64,000 nucleotides of DNA, taken from the NCBI GenBank assembly GCA_964016885.1, contig OZ024740.1:168640001-168704000 (forward strand), written 5' to 3'. Position numbers and translations under genes: made by a program. How positions within the stretch are numbered: position 1 is the stretch's first letter; each line of letters opens with the position of its first letter. Below, in pieces: positions 60,808 through 64,000 of the stretch. Below the pieces are notes generated by a model. The model was not told the DNA's origin. It made no database searches and was given only the letters and a program-made list of their open reading frames with translations. Source of the DNA: Eledone cirrhosa (lineage: Eukaryota).

Positions 60808-63077
60808 AATACAAATTATTGTAGAGATGATACTTAATGGAAAAGTGATTTTCAATTAGAGAGATGGATTTTTTACTGAAACACAATTCTATTGAAAAGA
60901 AATCTTTTTGCTCTTAATGAAAATCTGATCATATTGAATTATTTATAATCTTTAATTACTATCTCATATTTTTATTTTCAATCTTCAGTTTAGTGGAAAT
61001 AAAAATGTTGCTAGAGGCTTGACAATACCATTAGCTGGGATAGCTTCTGCTTAAAAATATCATTGTCCTTTCATGATCATGTTTCAGCATGTCTCTTTTT
61101 AATATTATTCAATCCTCATTTTTAAATTCGGTCATTTACTAATTGTACATTATGTATAACTTTTGTGTAATTTACAAAACAGTATTACTATCTCCTGTAT
61201 AGACCTTAATAGAGTCATTACTCAAAGATATGCAGAATTGCTTGAAGATGGTTTCAATATTAGTTTTACTAATTTGTTTGTTTTAGTAATAGACCATGTA
61301 AACTGTCTATTAGAGACAGATACTATTCATATCTCATATTTTCCTTGACATATTGAAGGTTAATATTTAGATAAAACATTTATTTCTTTTTCTCTATAAA
61401 GCTTTAAAACACTAATTCTCATATCAATTTCTAGTTAGTGCTCTGTTGTTAAGTTGTCTGTTTTCACCATTTCTGCTGCTGAGTGGGTGGGCAAAATAAA
61501 TAGTGCTCTGACCGGAACACAGTACAAGTAACAGGATACAAACTTAGAACTTTACCACCAAGAAGCCCACTATCTCTTTAAATCAAACATTATGACATCT
61601 CAGAACAAGAGCAGAAATAGTAATTCTAGAAATAGGAAACATTCTGCACATTGTTGGGTGAAGCTGGAAAATAAGCATATTGAGAAAACTTTTCTTAGAT
61701 AATTGATATTTATGGAGATCTGATGCAGAGAGAGAATGGGGTTGATGGTGGATGATGTAATCAATAATAGAAAAAGATAAGATTTTGAAAAGGCATAGAG
61801 TTCTGCTGTATCATACTAATATCTTATGTGTGAATGAAAATTGATGCTTTTACTGTGCTAATTAATACTAAGCCTTTCTCCAAAAAAATGTAAGTTCCTG
61901 TTGACTTAAATATACAAACTATATTAAATTCCTAATTGATGCCAATTCACTTCTAATGTCCTTGAAAAAGGTTTGTTTTAAATATCATACAATCTTATTT
62001 ATAAAAGTGTGACCCTGTACTTAAATAAGAATTCAGGATTACTATTGTAAATGAATACAAATTTTGCTTTCATTATCACCCTACAGAAGTCACTTTGAAT
62101 GTCTTCATCATGTATTGAATACTTGTTAATTGTAAAAGTTACCTTACGTCATAATGTAGTATATATATTATATCAACTGCCATTGGACACAGTGTATTAT
62201 AAAGCTAATACTATTTGGGGCTGTTGCTCCTGTTAGGAATACTGTTTATGCCCTCATCCAACCTTAAAGCTCAAGCAGCACTAAAGAGATTTATTAGGGT
62301 TTCTCAGCTGCAGTCTCTTGATTGAGGAAACCTGAAAGTCACCAGTAAGAGTTAATTTAATCGATTTCAGTACTTGATGAGCACTTTATTTTATTGACCC
62401 AAGAAGGATCAAAGACAAATTTGACTTTGGCAAGAATTCAATTAACAACATAAAGTACAAAAACAAATACTACAAGGCACTTTTTCGAATGCTCTAACAA
62501 TTCTATCAAATCTATATGGTATATAGCATGTTTGAATAACAGTTTATTCTGGTCAAAATACCCACGTAACTCTTAACAAAGATAAAGCAGCTATTAAACA
62601 AATATCGATAACAAATCCTATTTTATTAACATTTCTTTTGCTTAAAAAAAGGGAAAAAATTATAAAAGCAAAATATATAAAAATTATTAATGTCTGACAA
62701 TATTGGAATCCTTAATGACAGCTGGAGAGAGAGGCAAGAGGTATCATGAGTAAGAAGGAGGAGAACAAAAAAGAAAGAAAGCGAAAAGAGATATTCACAG
62801 ATCAGCAACATCAGCTGCTTGTCACAATTGAAGTTGTAATGGATGTTTGCAAGAGCTTTCACTGCTTTATGAATAACCACTGTGACTAAGTCAAAGGAGG
62901 ACTATTGGCTTTTTCAGTTTATTTGTCAAGGAATATATTTTAAGTGGATATTACAAGTATATAATTAATTTTCATATTTGATTTTTTATGGCCTTTTTCA
63001 TATTTACATTTACAATAAGATATCCAAATAAAAAGGATTCAAGAAGTTTGTATTATGTATTTGTTTTATTTTTTCAG

Positions 63078-63525
63078 GACTTCCAATGTCCCTTGGGTCA
63101 CACGTAGCCCATGTATACAAGAAGCTGATGAGACTAAAAACAATTCATCGGTGTCATTTGTCGACCCATTACTTTTAGATAATGATATCCCTGTCCATAA
63201 AGATGAAGTGGAAGGTATTGATATTGGTACATGGAGTGACTCTTCATCACGTGCGAATGATAGTATGCAAGAGCGGAAATCAACTGGAACTAGCTGTGAG
63301 AAATCTTCTGAGTCTGAACGAACAGATATTCTTAAGGGCAGTGCACATGAACGGGCATTTGAAAAGTCACTTGATAATGTGATGGATAAAATATCTGATC
63401 GATCATTTGATCTCAGCATGCACTTTGATAAGAACTCTTTCAGTGATACTGGCAGAGATGATGAATCTAGAACTTTGAAACAAACCAAAGCTGAAAAGAA
63501 AAGGAAATCTTCATCGTGGTATTCA
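63078..63525 (+). CDS. Coding exon of the host gene; Ser/Asp-rich region, possibly GRAMD1/Aster-like N-terminus
   Basis: ttttttcag acceptor, GTGAGT donor and 448 bp of open frame (TSNVPWVTRSP...EKKRKSSSWYS). The terminal KK..SSWY motif resembles GRAMD1 KKSQSWYN-VLSPTYK as I recall it. Confidence 0.8.
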
Positions 63526-64000
63526 GTGAGTATGATTTATGTATTTAATTTTTGTTCTTTGTTCACAAAATATTTATATTACTTACAAACACTTACAGTG
63601 CAATCAACATGTAAATTTATATTGCATATAATGCAGTATAAACATTGTTGGATAGCTGTGTAAAATTTTATATTTGTATGTCTTTTGAAAGCAGATGTTT
63701 TATGAATGATTTTATTTGTAACATTTACTGTCTGGCATCAGTTAGATTCAATTTCTTTCAAATAGACATACTCATTTGATTTTCTTCCTTAAAAACAACT
63801 CTGAACATTTTTAACTGACATATGTTCTAATATTAACTTTGCTGAATTTCTCTTTTATTCCCTGCTGTTCAGCAGAAGATATTATGGTGTGCTAGAGCTT
63901 ATCCTACTTTTGAAGGCAACAATGCTAATCAATTGCAGGTTTTATTTACAAGATTTGAGCTTAGCATTGCAAGCTAAAGAAATATTTGTCATATACATAG

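Noticed and set aside
63526-63663. Extension of ORF 63055-63663 beyond the GTGAGT donor, and antisense ORF 63066-63488
   Set aside because: Intronic read-through and the shadow ORF of the real exon.

Overview
AT-rich, microsatellite-laden animal DNA. The repeat repertoire (RTE-tailed tRNA SINEs, Meta-domain SINEs) points to a cephalopod or octopus; this is inference. Most of the window looks like intron of one + strand gene. Two phase-compatible exons (14747-14866 and 63078-63525) are about 48 kb apart, and the second ends in ...KKRKSSSWYS, resembling the segment just before the GRAM domain of GRAMD1/Aster proteins. The rest is nested transposon debris: RTE LINEs (two families), CR1/L2-group LINEs, CRE-like fragments, Penelope-like elements (PLEs), autonomous-type and non-autonomous Helitrons, a mariner, TTAA MITEs and SINEs. 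The main hidden signal is about 20 type I hammerhead-ribozyme (HHR) motifs from roughly ten unrelated sequence families, read by eye on both strands. Most sit in short elements inserted in (TA)n tracts, as tandem ~320-bp units or as fold-back pairs. They include compensatory U3-A8 core variants, a recurrent CCGAUGA variant and stem covariation, and they are biased to the strand antisense to the host gene. All folds are manual, and no activity or database match has been verified.
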